A stretch of 64,000 bases of DNA from a virus. The notes beneath the pieces were generated by a model, which was not told the DNA's origin, did no database searches, and was given only the letters and a program-made list of their open reading frames with translations. The stretch lies in IMG/VR virus record IMGVR_UViG_3300044640_001517, positions 1-64,000 of that record. The stretch is one strand, 5' to 3'. Each line of letters begins with the position of its first letter. Position 1 is the first letter of the stretch. Positions 18,181 to 26,834 of the stretch are shown piece after piece. The position numbers were made by a program, and so were the translations under genes.

Positions 18181-18672
18181 TTACTTTTTCTTCTTTTTCT
18201 TTTTCTCTGATTTTGCCTCGCGCTCAGCGTGGTACGCGTTTACCGCGTTGGCGCTAGTGCGACTTCTCCAATAGAACTCGCACTCGTCACAAACAACAAG
18301 TTTCATCGTTGTCCAACGACCACCTTCAGGCGATTCAGCAATAACAACTCGAAGCTTGCTTGGTCGCGCGCCGCAGTGCGGACAGTTTGGAAAACGTTTA
18401 CGTCGAACCTCTTGCCCTGTGTGAGAAACAGACAAGGCTCGACGAATTTCACCTTCGTCTTTTCCACCCCACACTCCGTGTATCTGCTTATTGTCAAGCG
18501 CCCACTTAAGACACTGCTTGCGTACAGGACATGTGTAGCAAAGATTTTTTGCCTCGTATTTTTCTTTTGCTATCTTTGAAAAGAAGTATTGCTGTACTTT
18601 TTTATTTTCAGGCAATGCGCACGCGGCATCGTCCATCCACGACACATCGCTTAGACTTCCAGACTTCTTCAC
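18181..18672 (-). CDS. whiB: WhiB-family transcription factor with a C-terminal Zn ribbon
   Basis: W..AAC...AK.LC.TCPVR.QCL.WAL.....GVWGG, then CPHC...CDEC and a basic tail. Confidence 0.9.
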   Translation of the reverse strand: MKKSGSLSDVSWMDDAACALPENKKVQQYFFSKIAKEKYEAKNLCYTCPVRKQCLKWALDNKQIHGVWGGKDEGEIRRALSVSHTGQEVRRKRFPNCPHCGARPSKLRVVIAESPEGGRWTTMKLVVCDECEFYWRSRTSANAVNAYHAEREAKSEKKKKKKK

Positions 18673-19007
18673 GCGATCTCAACCCACACAACCTCGTGAA
18701 TATCATCAACGTTTTCACCAAGTCGAGTTTCGCCATCTTCATCGCATACGTATTCTTCGTATGAACCGTCAACAGTTCCTGCATATCCGTATGTCGCTTC
18801 GGCAATTTCAACCTTCTTAAACGCATCTCCGAGTGAGTGAACAATTCCGTCGCGTTGAATAGCCGACGCAAGTGCTCGCTTAACTACTTCGTTTTCAAGA
18901 TCGACATGATCTACTGTAAAAAAGACAACGGAGTTAGATTTAGTAGATCTATACCCCTCTCCCGTCCACTCTGACCAGAGACACTCGCCTTTTCTTGAAT
19001 CCTTCAT
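18669..19007 (-). CDS. Hypothetical protein
   Basis: 4-nt overlap with whiB; leaderless TACAAT-N8-ATG. Confidence 0.65.
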   Translation of the reverse strand: MKDSRKGECLWSEWTGEGYRSTKSNSVVFFTVDHVDLENEVVKRALASAIQRDGIVHSLGDAFKKVEIAEATYGYAGTVDGSYEEYVCDEDGETRLGENVDDIHEVVWVEIA

Positions 19008-19113
19008 GCGCGACTATTGTATCCCGCATTCTAGTGACTCGTGGTCATCTACAACAGGAATTGTGTGGTTACACCAGTCTTACATTTGCGATGTTCTAAT
19101 GCAGTCTGGATGC

Positions 19114-19629
19114 TTATAGAACAGACTCTACGTAGCCGTCCTGATGTGGCCAGAGGTACGTATAGGTGTCGGGGGCAGAACCAGTATCTTCAGCCCAACC
19201 GAACTGTTTGTACCAGTCGTAGTTTTTGCATAGTAGTGCGGTGCGGTGAGTAGAACATAGGTCCTCGTAGTACTTTGCGTCTTGCATCCACGGCGGTAAT
19301 AGTAGATCAGAACTAATGCGACCTAGCGATACCGCCTTGTCATATGTGCGGTAGGTCTTATCAAGAAGTGTTGACTTGTACCCGCGTGAGATCCACTCAA
19401 AGTACGTTGCTGAGATGTACGAAACAAGCAATGTCTCGTAGCCTCGCCACATGCGAACTACGGGGTGATTTGACCAGCCCTTAGGATCTCGGTGGTTACC
19501 GTCTGGATCAAGATTACACATGTTGAGCAGGCACTGCCACGCCTCAAGAGTTTGCTTGTGCAGGCGCTTGTTGTCAAGATGCTGCGCCGTGAGCTCGAAT
19601 GATTGGGTGTTTGTAAGAAATGATTGCAT
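19114..19629 (-). CDS. MSMEG_6728 / pyrimidine-dimer DNA glycosylase (DenV-like) family protein
   Basis: MQSFL...LDNKRL.KQ.LEA.Q, GW.NHP.V.MW.G, PPW, H...LL.K, YLWP. Confidence 0.8.
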   Translation of the reverse strand: MQSFLTNTQSFELTAQHLDNKRLHKQTLEAWQCLLNMCNLDPDGNHRDPKGWSNHPVVRMWRGYETLLVSYISATYFEWISRGYKSTLLDKTYRTYDKAVSLGRISSDLLLPPWMQDAKYYEDLCSTHRTALLCKNYDWYKQFGWAEDTGSAPDTYTYLWPHQDGYVESVL

Positions 19630-19693
19630 AAACCGTCCTGTGTCGTTTGTCAAGATCTATTATACAACCTAGACACGCAAAACGCGTGACTGA

Positions 19694-20941
19694 TTATTCA
19701 GCCGGCGTAAGCCAGGTCTTCTTCGCGTAGCTACGGCTAAACCCTTTGTCCGTATCAAGTAACCACTCTCGTTCACCGATAAGCTCTCCTTGAGGACCAT
19801 TAGGTTGGCCGTCAAGCGACGCTTTTGCAGCATTGGCGATCCAGTTAGCAGCCTGCACAGCAACCGCCTTACCCCACGTCGCGCCAAGCATTGAGTAGTT
19901 ACGCGCATCTAAGAACTCCCAGCTATCAGGCAGTCCTTGAATTCGTGCGGCCTCACGGTGAGTAATTCTTCGCATAAGAGTCGGGTGGATCACATGATCT
20001 AATGCACCGCCGGTAAGAACGTGCGCCCATGAATCAGAAGGCCAACGGTGTGGCATTGAGAATCCCATGTAGTAGTCACGCGCTCGTGCCTTTTCTTCTT
20101 GAGCGAGCCATGACTGTGGGAATCGATCACCATTTTTCTCAACAGCAATCTTAAGTGCTTGACCGGCATCAATTCGAGCTTTCCAGCCGTCATTGCCGAT
20201 GATGTCAAAGATCTCTTGAATACGCACAGTGTCTTTGTTGTTCTTGTTCATGTGACCGTTTACGACGCCGCTTTCATTACGCAACGGTTGCGCCCACTTT
20301 GAAGCTTCTTTATTGTAGCGCTGTGGTTCCCACATGATCTCAAGATCTGTTAGATCTCCGATTACGTCCATGATCGTTGGAATTTCTTTCGGCATCAACG
20401 CCTGCGCACCAAACGGCATTCCCCGTTCTGCGGCAACCCAGAAGTATCGAGGACGATATGAGAATCCGCCAACCTGAAGGTTATTCATCTTTACATGGTA
20501 CAGGTCATATTCTTTACCTGAAAGTTCTTCAACCATCGTGCGATACTTCAGCATTGTGTCGCGTCCCTGCGTGTATGCCTGCTGTACACATTCAAAGATA
20601 ATAATTTTTGGTTTTACGCGTGCGGCATATTTCATGAAGGCGCGCGTGTGTTCGTGCGCTTTTGCGTCAGGTCCACGATTGTCCATACCTGACCAAACAG
20701 ACCAGCCAGAGCACGGTGGACAACCTACCACCATGTCGCACTTTGCGTCTGGCCATTCTGTTGCGTCATCAGAGAAAAATGCAGACCAGTTCTCGCCAAG
20801 ATGCTTGCGGTTTAGTTCGGCAACAGGATTGCCAAAGTTAAGTGTACCAACGCGGGCGGTCATATCTACTCCGGCATTTACAAATCCTAGACTTAGAAAT
20901 CCAGCAAGACCGTTGCAATCAACAAAAGTGGGGTTTGACAT
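19694..20941 (-). CDS. DNA (cytosine-5) methyltransferase-like protein with atypical motifs
   Basis: GCPPCSGWS (motif IV), FECV (ENV variant), R.RYF, R.IT.REAARIQG.PD, GKAV. Motif I reads CNGLAG. Confidence 0.8.
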   Translation of the reverse strand: MSNPTFVDCNGLAGFLSLGFVNAGVDMTARVGTLNFGNPVAELNRKHLGENWSAFFSDDATEWPDAKCDMVVGCPPCSGWSVWSGMDNRGPDAKAHEHTRAFMKYAARVKPKIIIFECVQQAYTQGRDTMLKYRTMVEELSGKEYDLYHVKMNNLQVGGFSYRPRYFWVAAERGMPFGAQALMPKEIPTIMDVIGDLTDLEIMWEPQRYNKEASKWAQPLRNESGVVNGHMNKNNKDTVRIQEIFDIIGNDGWKARIDAGQALKIAVEKNGDRFPQSWLAQEEKARARDYYMGFSMPHRWPSDSWAHVLTGGALDHVIHPTLMRRITHREAARIQGLPDSWEFLDARNYSMLGATWGKAVAVQAANWIANAAKASLDGQPNGPQGELIGEREWLLDTDKGFSRSYAKKTWLTPAE

Positions 20942-21000
20942 ATCTCTCTCCGTATGAGTAGGTGAGACAAATATATCCCGAGAGGTTGCAGAACCTGGTA

Positions 21001-21291
21001 CTACTTAGGTTCGCCAACCTCGTACCCGCACGCTGCGTATCCGGCAATATCAATCCACGTGTCTGGTTGAAACCCGGAGCGTGACGCGTATCGCGCAACC
21101 TTTACAGCAACCATCGCCATCGCGACATCTTCACGTGTAACCTCGATACCAAAGATCACTGACCAAAGCTTTGCGATTCGATCAAAGTTCTCTTCAGGTC
21201 CGCCGTACTGCGCGTCTCGAGCACCACTGATGATTGTCTGCGCCTCGTTTAGGCACTTCTCACGACCTTTAGTTGTCTTACTCAATTTCAT
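21001..21291 (-). CDS. DUF6378-like phage protein
   Basis: R..QYG.PEENF.RIA.LWS, DVA..M..VKVAR, D.W.DIAGYAAC. Confidence 0.8.
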   Translation of the reverse strand: MKLSKTTKGREKCLNEAQTIISGARDAQYGGPEENFDRIAKLWSVIFGIEVTREDVAMAMVAVKVARYASRSGFQPDTWIDIAGYAACGYEVGEPK

Positions 21292-21478
21292 CTACCTTTG
21301 TTCGAACATAGACAGTGGCCTTGTACTCATGTGCCGAGTGCGCTTCAATGTGAAACTCTGTGTCTGACGGCAGCTCAACTTCATCGTTTTCACTGATCTC
21401 TCGCCACGAACGCAGTGCCTCTTCTTTGATCGACGACAATGTCGAACCGTACACCTCAAATTCAATTGATGCCCTCAT
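21278..21478 (-). CDS. Hypothetical protein
   Basis: Operon-coupled ORF. Confidence 0.55.
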   Translation of the reverse strand: MRASIEFEVYGSTLSSIKEEALRSWREISENDEVELPSDTEFHIEAHSAHEYKATVYVRTKVDEIE

Positions 21479-21729
21479 GCTATGACCATCTTTTCTAAAA
21501 CGTTAGGTGAGTGGTGAGTCTCTGAGAGAGACGGGGTTAGACCGTCGATACTGGAGACAATGACGTCACCGTCACGTATGTCAAGTACTTCACAGTATCT
21601 GCCGTTGTGGATTTCGCCAACAACTCCGCTGTACGAGTGCAGTTTTACCCGAACCATGTCACCTATGACTATGCTATTTGTCATTACATCTGTCCATGTT
21701 ACTTGTGGGAACACTGCGCCTCCGGACAT
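21475..21729 (-). CDS. Hypothetical protein (SH3/KOW-like)
   Basis: IGDMVRV...HNGR...V..I.DG.VIV pattern; overlaps both neighbours. Confidence 0.55.
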   Translation of the reverse strand: MSGGAVFPQVTWTDVMTNSIVIGDMVRVKLHSYSGVVGEIHNGRYCEVLDIRDGDVIVSSIDGLTPSLSETHHSPNVLEKMVIA

Positions 21730-22160
21730 GTTGCTGTATCAAAGTCATCAAGTGCACGCGCGCATGACTGGCACTTCATACCTTCGGCCTTGACTACGTA
21801 GCCTTTAAGTTGACGTTGACGATTTACTTCCATCTTGTTTACGTAGTATGCGTCAAGTTGCTCGTCTGTTCCGCCTACGGCGCAGATGATGTTCGCCACA
21901 AAGTGCAAGACATCGACGCACTCTTTGACAACGGCCTCACGGTTTACATATGGGTCATCGTGTTGCCAGGGCTTCCACGAGATCTCCTTACGGATCTCAG
22001 CAAGCTCATCATCGATTGCAAGCATGTTCCAGCGTAGATACTCAATGATGTTATTGAGTGACTCTGGCGATTGACCTTCAAACTTGCTATAGTCAATCTT
22101 GTACGCTTCTGTTTGTAGTTTCTTGGTGTTACCAAGCCACTCGTTGAATAGTGTTCCCAT
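21699..22160 (-). CDS. Dimeric dUTPase/dCTPase (all-alpha NTP pyrophosphatase, T4 gp56-like)
   Basis: DELAE...SWKPW, E.VD.LHF.AN, Y..K...N..RQ..GY. Confidence 0.8.
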   Translation of the reverse strand: MGTLFNEWLGNTKKLQTEAYKIDYSKFEGQSPESLNNIIEYLRWNMLAIDDELAEIRKEISWKPWQHDDPYVNREAVVKECVDVLHFVANIICAVGGTDEQLDAYYVNKMEVNRQRQLKGYVVKAEGMKCQSCARALDDFDTATCPEAQCSHK

Positions 22161-23173
22161 TATTTTCCTATAAGTCTTTCCAGTTGAACTGTTAGTTCTT
22201 CTCGTGTTGGTATGCTTTTGACGTATTGCTGCTTTTGAGTTACTGATAATTCATATCGATCGATCTCTGACATCTCTTCAATTCCACTTGCAAGATGATC
22301 CCAAGCGTTTCCGATCTTCTTACTCTCACGCCAATCAGTTGCGATCGGAGTGCCGGCATTCAGTGCATGAACATATACCTGAGACCACCACGTCATCTTG
22401 TCGCCGTGAGGCCCGATGATCGCACCCATACTTGAATTGAGCGCATCGAACAGATCACTACTTGTTCTGGCTTTTGTCTCGCGGATTGACATTGCCGGAG
22501 TTGATAGTCCATCAAGTGCATTCTTTGTCCACCGCGTCTTGTCGTTATCAACGATCCAACGCTTTACACGCGACGAGTTGAAGTTTGCGTTTTCAGTGAC
22601 ATTAAATGAATCAAGGTTGATCCCAATCATCGATGAATAAGCGTTCTCCGGTACACCAGAAAACGTACTTGCATCGCCGCCCCAAGGTAAACGCGGATAT
22701 AGCGTCGCGGCCCACGGATCATTGCTAAGAAGCATGACAGCGTTCACGATGTGTTTGCGTATGTCTGCGTTTCCAGCAACCTGAAGATATCCCTTGCGCT
22801 TTGAGTAGAAGTCTTTGAACAACGTCTGACTGTTCTTTTCAATCGCCCTAAAGTTTGCAAATATCTTCCACGGCTCAGGTGCATCGATAAATGTCATGAG
22901 GCTATCTCGTCCCTCAAGTGTCTTGATCGCTGCAAGTGCACCGTATGCGGAGTTTGCTGTTACACTTAACGGAGGTGCGATTCCAACAAGAACCTTCTGA
23001 TACTGCTTAAGATCGCGCGCTGACCAACTAAGTGATGGCTCGGAGAATGTGACAGTATAGCCCATCTTCTCTAACACCTGCGACAATGCACCAGCAAACG
23101 TCAGTGATCGATTTGCGATCGATGACGAATACTGCTGCGCGGTCGTTCCGGTGATAAGTACTTGTTTACTCAC
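22160..23173 (-). CDS. Divergent GT-B glycosyltransferase-like protein (candidate DNA glycosyltransferase)
   Basis: VLITG N-terminus, L...GYTV, ALNAGTPIATD (GT-B donor motif remnant); located among nucleotide-modification genes. Confidence 0.5.
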   Translation of the reverse strand: MSKQVLITGTTAQQYSSSIANRSLTFAGALSQVLEKMGYTVTFSEPSLSWSARDLKQYQKVLVGIAPPLSVTANSAYGALAAIKTLEGRDSLMTFIDAPEPWKIFANFRAIEKNSQTLFKDFYSKRKGYLQVAGNADIRKHIVNAVMLLSNDPWAATLYPRLPWGGDASTFSGVPENAYSSMIGINLDSFNVTENANFNSSRVKRWIVDNDKTRWTKNALDGLSTPAMSIRETKARTSSDLFDALNSSMGAIIGPHGDKMTWWSQVYVHALNAGTPIATDWRESKKIGNAWDHLASGIEEMSEIDRYELSVTQKQQYVKSIPTREELTVQLERLIGK

Positions 23174-24423
23174 GAAAAAGCACTGTCAATCATCGCCTGT
23201 GCTGTCTTTGCTGGAGAATTCATCTCACGCAATAGGGCACGGTTGTATCTTGCAATCTCAAGACGCTCTGCGTCTGGAATTGCAAGTGATTCTTTGACAG
23301 ACTCTGCGATGCGCTTTGCAAGCTCAATGCCTTCTGGAAAGACAAGCTTCGCGTGTGTCGGCGATCGATCATAGTAATCAATGATGTTCATCTTGAACTC
23401 AGGGTCTGATAGGTGCTTAGGCGTAACACACATCGCGCCTGCCTCAAGAGCTTCCATCGTCGTAAACTCGCAGTGACCACTTGAGAAGTTGCCAGCCGTT
23501 AGGTTTAGGTGAACCCTAAAGCGCGAGTTTACAACAACAGGATCGTGATAGTTACCGAGGTAGCTGATCTCTGGCCCGTTTGGAACTTTAAGATCCCAGT
23601 GATACGGCGTGATGACATTTCCGTCTTCGTCAAATCCAGGTTTACCCATGTTCTCTGCCTTAAGCACAGCATGACGTTTTCCTGTCGCGCCAAAGTGTTC
23701 CTTGAGTTGCTCATACACGAGGTACGTAGGCGATGGTCCAAGGCCGATTGAGCAGGCTCCCCAGATCTCCATTCGTACGTCTTCAGGTAAGAACGCGCCA
23801 GCAACAGCGGCGAGTGGCTGTCCTTTGTTGTAAACAAATCGACCAGTGACGCCGACAACGTTGCCTGTTGGGATCTCGTCTTCAATGTTGTAGCGAGATA
23901 GGTACGGCAAACGCGCACGCACCCACTTCAATGATGCAAAGTAATCGTTTGCATCGCCTTCTGGGTTGTCGCGTGTTGTGACAAACGCAGCCGCGCGTGA
24001 CGGCGATTCAAGCAGTGCGCCAACAAAAGGAATTTCTTTTTGGATGTAAGGTGTGCCATGAAGCGCGGTTGTCCAGCGTGTCTTGGTCTTACGTAACGCG
24101 TCAACATAATCAGGCAGAACGTTTTCGCCCTCTTTCAACGCCGTTTTGTCATGTGCAAGTACGCGGATCTCAGGCAATACAACAAGATCATATGTGTCAA
24201 GTACAGCGACAAGATCGCGCGTCTTCACAACAACGTCGGGTGAGTCGCCCCACCAACGTCCGCCAGGTTGCGATGTTCCCCACGACTTGCGTGTCTTACC
24301 GCTCTTTGTGAAAGACACCACCTGGCAGTCATGTCCTAATTGTTCAAATCCTTGGCGAAGGTTAAATGCAAACCTTGTCGGTCCTTTGACCCCTGGCTCT
24401 GGCTCAAGAATTGCTACGCGCAT
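23170..24423 (-). CDS. GT-B glycosyltransferase (candidate DNA glycosyltransferase)
   Basis: MRVAIL, F..LGHDC.V, GRF...KG, EFTTMEALEAG. Start ATG 24423 has a GGGAG RBS. Confidence 0.7.
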   Translation of the reverse strand: MRVAILEPEPGVKGPTRFAFNLRQGFEQLGHDCQVVSFTKSGKTRKSWGTSQPGGRWWGDSPDVVVKTRDLVAVLDTYDLVVLPEIRVLAHDKTALKEGENVLPDYVDALRKTKTRWTTALHGTPYIQKEIPFVGALLESPSRAAAFVTTRDNPEGDANDYFASLKWVRARLPYLSRYNIEDEIPTGNVVGVTGRFVYNKGQPLAAVAGAFLPEDVRMEIWGACSIGLGPSPTYLVYEQLKEHFGATGKRHAVLKAENMGKPGFDEDGNVITPYHWDLKVPNGPEISYLGNYHDPVVVNSRFRVHLNLTAGNFSSGHCEFTTMEALEAGAMCVTPKHLSDPEFKMNIIDYYDRSPTHAKLVFPEGIELAKRIAESVKESLAIPDAERLEIARYNRALLREMNSPAKTAQAMIDSAFS

Positions 24424-24467
24424 AAAGTTCTCTCCCTTGATTATGAATGAATGAAATGTATCATAGA

Positions 24468-24510
24468 CAAAACACAAACGGCGTGACTATCTTTCGACAG
24501 CCACGCCGTT
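24468..24510 (-). terminator. Intrinsic terminator after ssb
   Basis: Minus strand AACGGCGTGGCTGTC-GAAA-GATAGTCACGCCGTT, followed by TGTGTTTTG. Confidence 0.7.
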
Positions 24511-24531
24511 GCGTGCATTACTTCTTCGTTA

Positions 24532-25077
24532 TCAGAACGGAGAAGCGGGTGGCTGTTCTGCTGTTGGAGCAGGCGCTGCAGCTGGTGCTGGAGCAGGTGC
24601 TGGAGCAGGAGCAGGTGCAGGTGCAGGCGCAGGAGCTGCAGCAACAGGTGCTGGTGCTGCTCCAGTATTTGCTACTGAGTAGTACGCCTTGATCTCGTTC
24701 TTCTTCTGTCCCTGCCACGTGCGTGAACCTACTTGTGCACGGAAGGTCTTTTCCTTAAGTGCTGCTTCGATCTGCGCGTTGCTTGGGCTGGTTGCGAAGA
24801 ACTCACGGCCAAGACCAAGTGCGTTCATCTTGCGGAAGAAGATTCCGAGTGCTGTTGGGTTGTCTGTTGAAACAACAAGGTTGTCCCAGATCAAACGCTT
24901 TGCGTGCGCGCCGGTCTGAACTTGAGCCTTCACCGAGAACATGGTCTTACCAGACTGTGAGACCTTTGCGGTTGCTTCAACAACCTTGAGATCGTAGTCA
25001 CCGTCCGGAAGTGGATCGTATCCGCCTGTTGATTCTCCAGCGTCTTTAATAAGATCGCCCCAATTGAGTGTACTCAT
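24532..25077 (-). CDS. ssDNA-binding protein (DUF669-like) with an (AP)n linker and a PF C-terminus
   Basis: YDPLPDGDY, SGK.M, IWDNLV, WQG.KKNEI; follows the Sak4-like gene. Confidence 0.75.
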   Translation of the reverse strand: MSTLNWGDLIKDAGESTGGYDPLPDGDYDLKVVEATAKVSQSGKTMFSVKAQVQTGAHAKRLIWDNLVVSTDNPTALGIFFRKMNALGLGREFFATSPSNAQIEAALKEKTFRAQVGSRTWQGQKKNEIKAYYSVANTGAAPAPVAAAPAPAPAPAPAPAPAPAPAAAPAPTAEQPPASPF

Positions 25078-25086
25078 GATTGTTAC

Positions 25087-25863
25087 CTATTCTTTCTCTG
25101 TGTTTGTTGATGAGATTGCTTGTGCTGGACGAGGTCCAAACACGATGTCAAGCATTGCCTCTACTCCGAGATGCTGTTGCTCAACAATTTTTCCGAGGCG
25201 TCCTTGTACACGCTCGCCTGCTTCGTACTGATTTGTACGTTCTACGTACATGCGCCGTGCCTTGTACGGTGCCTGTGTTGGATCACCACTGAAGATATCT
25301 TCAACAGTGATTGCGCCAAGGATGTCGTAGAAATATGGTGCTTGAATTGCAAGCTGTCCCTGTAGATATGGACGGTAGCGACCGTCTTTATCCTGTCGGG
25401 CCATCGCGGTAAGAACCACTGCTTCAAGCGGTGCTGTTGGGTGCATTGTTAAGTCACGAAGGTCACGCAACAACGCTCCCATGTGACGAAGAAGTTCACC
25501 CCACTGCTGCATCTGCATCTGGTTTGTGCCGGCAATATTATCCATGCACTTAACCTGAAGTTCAGATACGGAGTCGATGATCAACGACTTAAATTGATGA
25601 CGACCTAACTGCAACCACTGATACGCCTTGAGCACTGTGTCGTACTCAGTGACGTTTACAACGCAGGTGTCCCATGTGCCGTCGGCAACTGGTGGCTCCT
25701 CGCGTAGTGGGTCCCAATACCGAACGTTGATAGGTAGGAATCGATGCCCACCCTCAACGTCGAGCATGAGTCGCGGGTACGGTGCTGTGACCGCAAATGA
25801 CGACTTACCGACTTTTGACTCGCCGTAGACCATGATGGTCAATGAGCGTTGTACTTGTCCCAT
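25087..25863 (-). CDS. Sak4-like / AAA_24 ATPase (recombination)
   Basis: YGESKVGKSS (Walker A), LDVEGG, IIDSVSELQ, WG. Confidence 0.85.
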   Translation of the reverse strand: MGQVQRSLTIMVYGESKVGKSSFAVTAPYPRLMLDVEGGHRFLPINVRYWDPLREEPPVADGTWDTCVVNVTEYDTVLKAYQWLQLGRHQFKSLIIDSVSELQVKCMDNIAGTNQMQMQQWGELLRHMGALLRDLRDLTMHPTAPLEAVVLTAMARQDKDGRYRPYLQGQLAIQAPYFYDILGAITVEDIFSGDPTQAPYKARRMYVERTNQYEAGERVQGRLGKIVEQQHLGVEAMLDIVFGPRPAQAISSTNTEKE

Positions 25864-26834
25864 TATTCATTTCCTTTCGCTTCATCTGTTTTGTAGTAAC
25901 CATACGGGTCGGCGACCGCGTATATCTCGCTTATTGCATGTTCGGCGGCGCTACCGTCGTCGAACAGTGGGCAAATCGCAAAGAACTGACATTTCCACTT
26001 GCAATCTCTGCTTGGTCGTGGATAGGCGACTTCATAGTGATCTTGTCCTTCGTCAAGTGCGTTTCTCACTCTCAACATATCGCCAATGGTGCCTTTAAGG
26101 CGTGACGCAAACACGCGAAGTGCAAATTGGTTGTGACGGACTTCCATCTGCTCATAGAACGGAGGTTTTGCGTTTGCAGTGCGCTTAACCTTCTTGAGCA
26201 TCGTAAAGATGCCGCCTTCACTTCGCTCCCCTGCATTCTTACCAAGTTCTGTATTCTGGTGGTCTTCAAGAAGCATGTACGTAAGGATCTGTTCGTTCAT
26301 GTGTGCAAGACTTGCAAACTCTGCAAACGAACCACCAACTGTCTTAAAGTCGCGGAACATACGCACACCGTCACCCTTACGGCGAACACGCATGTCAAGT
26401 TTGCCTTGCAGTTCTACCTCACCGTCGAACATCGGCATTGAGATGATCTCTTCAGTTGAGATCATTTCAAGCTCTGCATCAATGCCGTTTTCATCTACCC
26501 ACTGCAGATAACCTTCGAGCATGATACGACCGAGCTCGGCTTCGCTGTCGAGATCCATTGTGTCGCGGTATGTGTCAATTAGCAGTTGCTTGTCTTTCTT
26601 GACAAGTTCCGCGTGTGCCTCAAGCAGTGGAACACCTTGGCCGTAGTACGCATCAAGCGCGCCGTGGATACGTGTACCAAGCGCAAGCGCGCCTGTCATG
26701 TTCTGTGATTTTGGTTGAAGTCGACGATAGTAGTTCAACCACCACTTACGACGACAGTCTTTGAATGTTTGGATCTCCGAGTTTGAGATCTTGATTGGTC
26801 GCGGTGTAATCGCTACCGGAACTGACATGTCCAC
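25863..26834 (-). CDS. Cas4/RecB-like PD-(D/E)xK exonuclease
   Basis: S.SEI.TFKDC, GTRIH, GKLD...DFKT, Q...Y, CKWKCQFFAIC. Confidence 0.85.
   Translation of the reverse strand: MDMSVPVAITPRPIKISNSEIQTFKDCRRKWWLNYYRRLQPKSQNMTGALALGTRIHGALDAYYGQGVPLLEAHAELVKKDKQLLIDTYRDTMDLDSEAELGRIMLEGYLQWVDENGIDAELEMISTEEIISMPMFDGEVELQGKLDMRVRRKGDGVRMFRDFKTVGGSFAEFASLAHMNEQILTYMLLEDHQNTELGKNAGERSEGGIFTMLKKVKRTANAKPPFYEQMEVRHNQFALRVFASRLKGTIGDMLRVRNALDEGQDHYEVAYPRPSRDCKWKCQFFAICPLFDDGSAAEHAISEIYAVADPYGYYKTDEAKGNE

Noticed and set aside
19008-19113. Intergenic gap as a possible tRNA or ncRNA
   Set aside because: No cloverleaf or T-loop (GTTCRA) and no strong stem seen; it contains only the promoter for 19007(-).
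24441-24718. Cys/Ser-rich and Leu/Gln-rich short ORFs (metallothionein-like appearance)
   Set aside because: Alternate frames of the SSB (AP)n linker.
25863-26834. Cas4 as evidence of a CRISPR-Cas system
   Set aside because: It is a stand-alone phage Cas4-like exonuclease in a Sak4/SSB recombination module; no cas1/cas2 or array.
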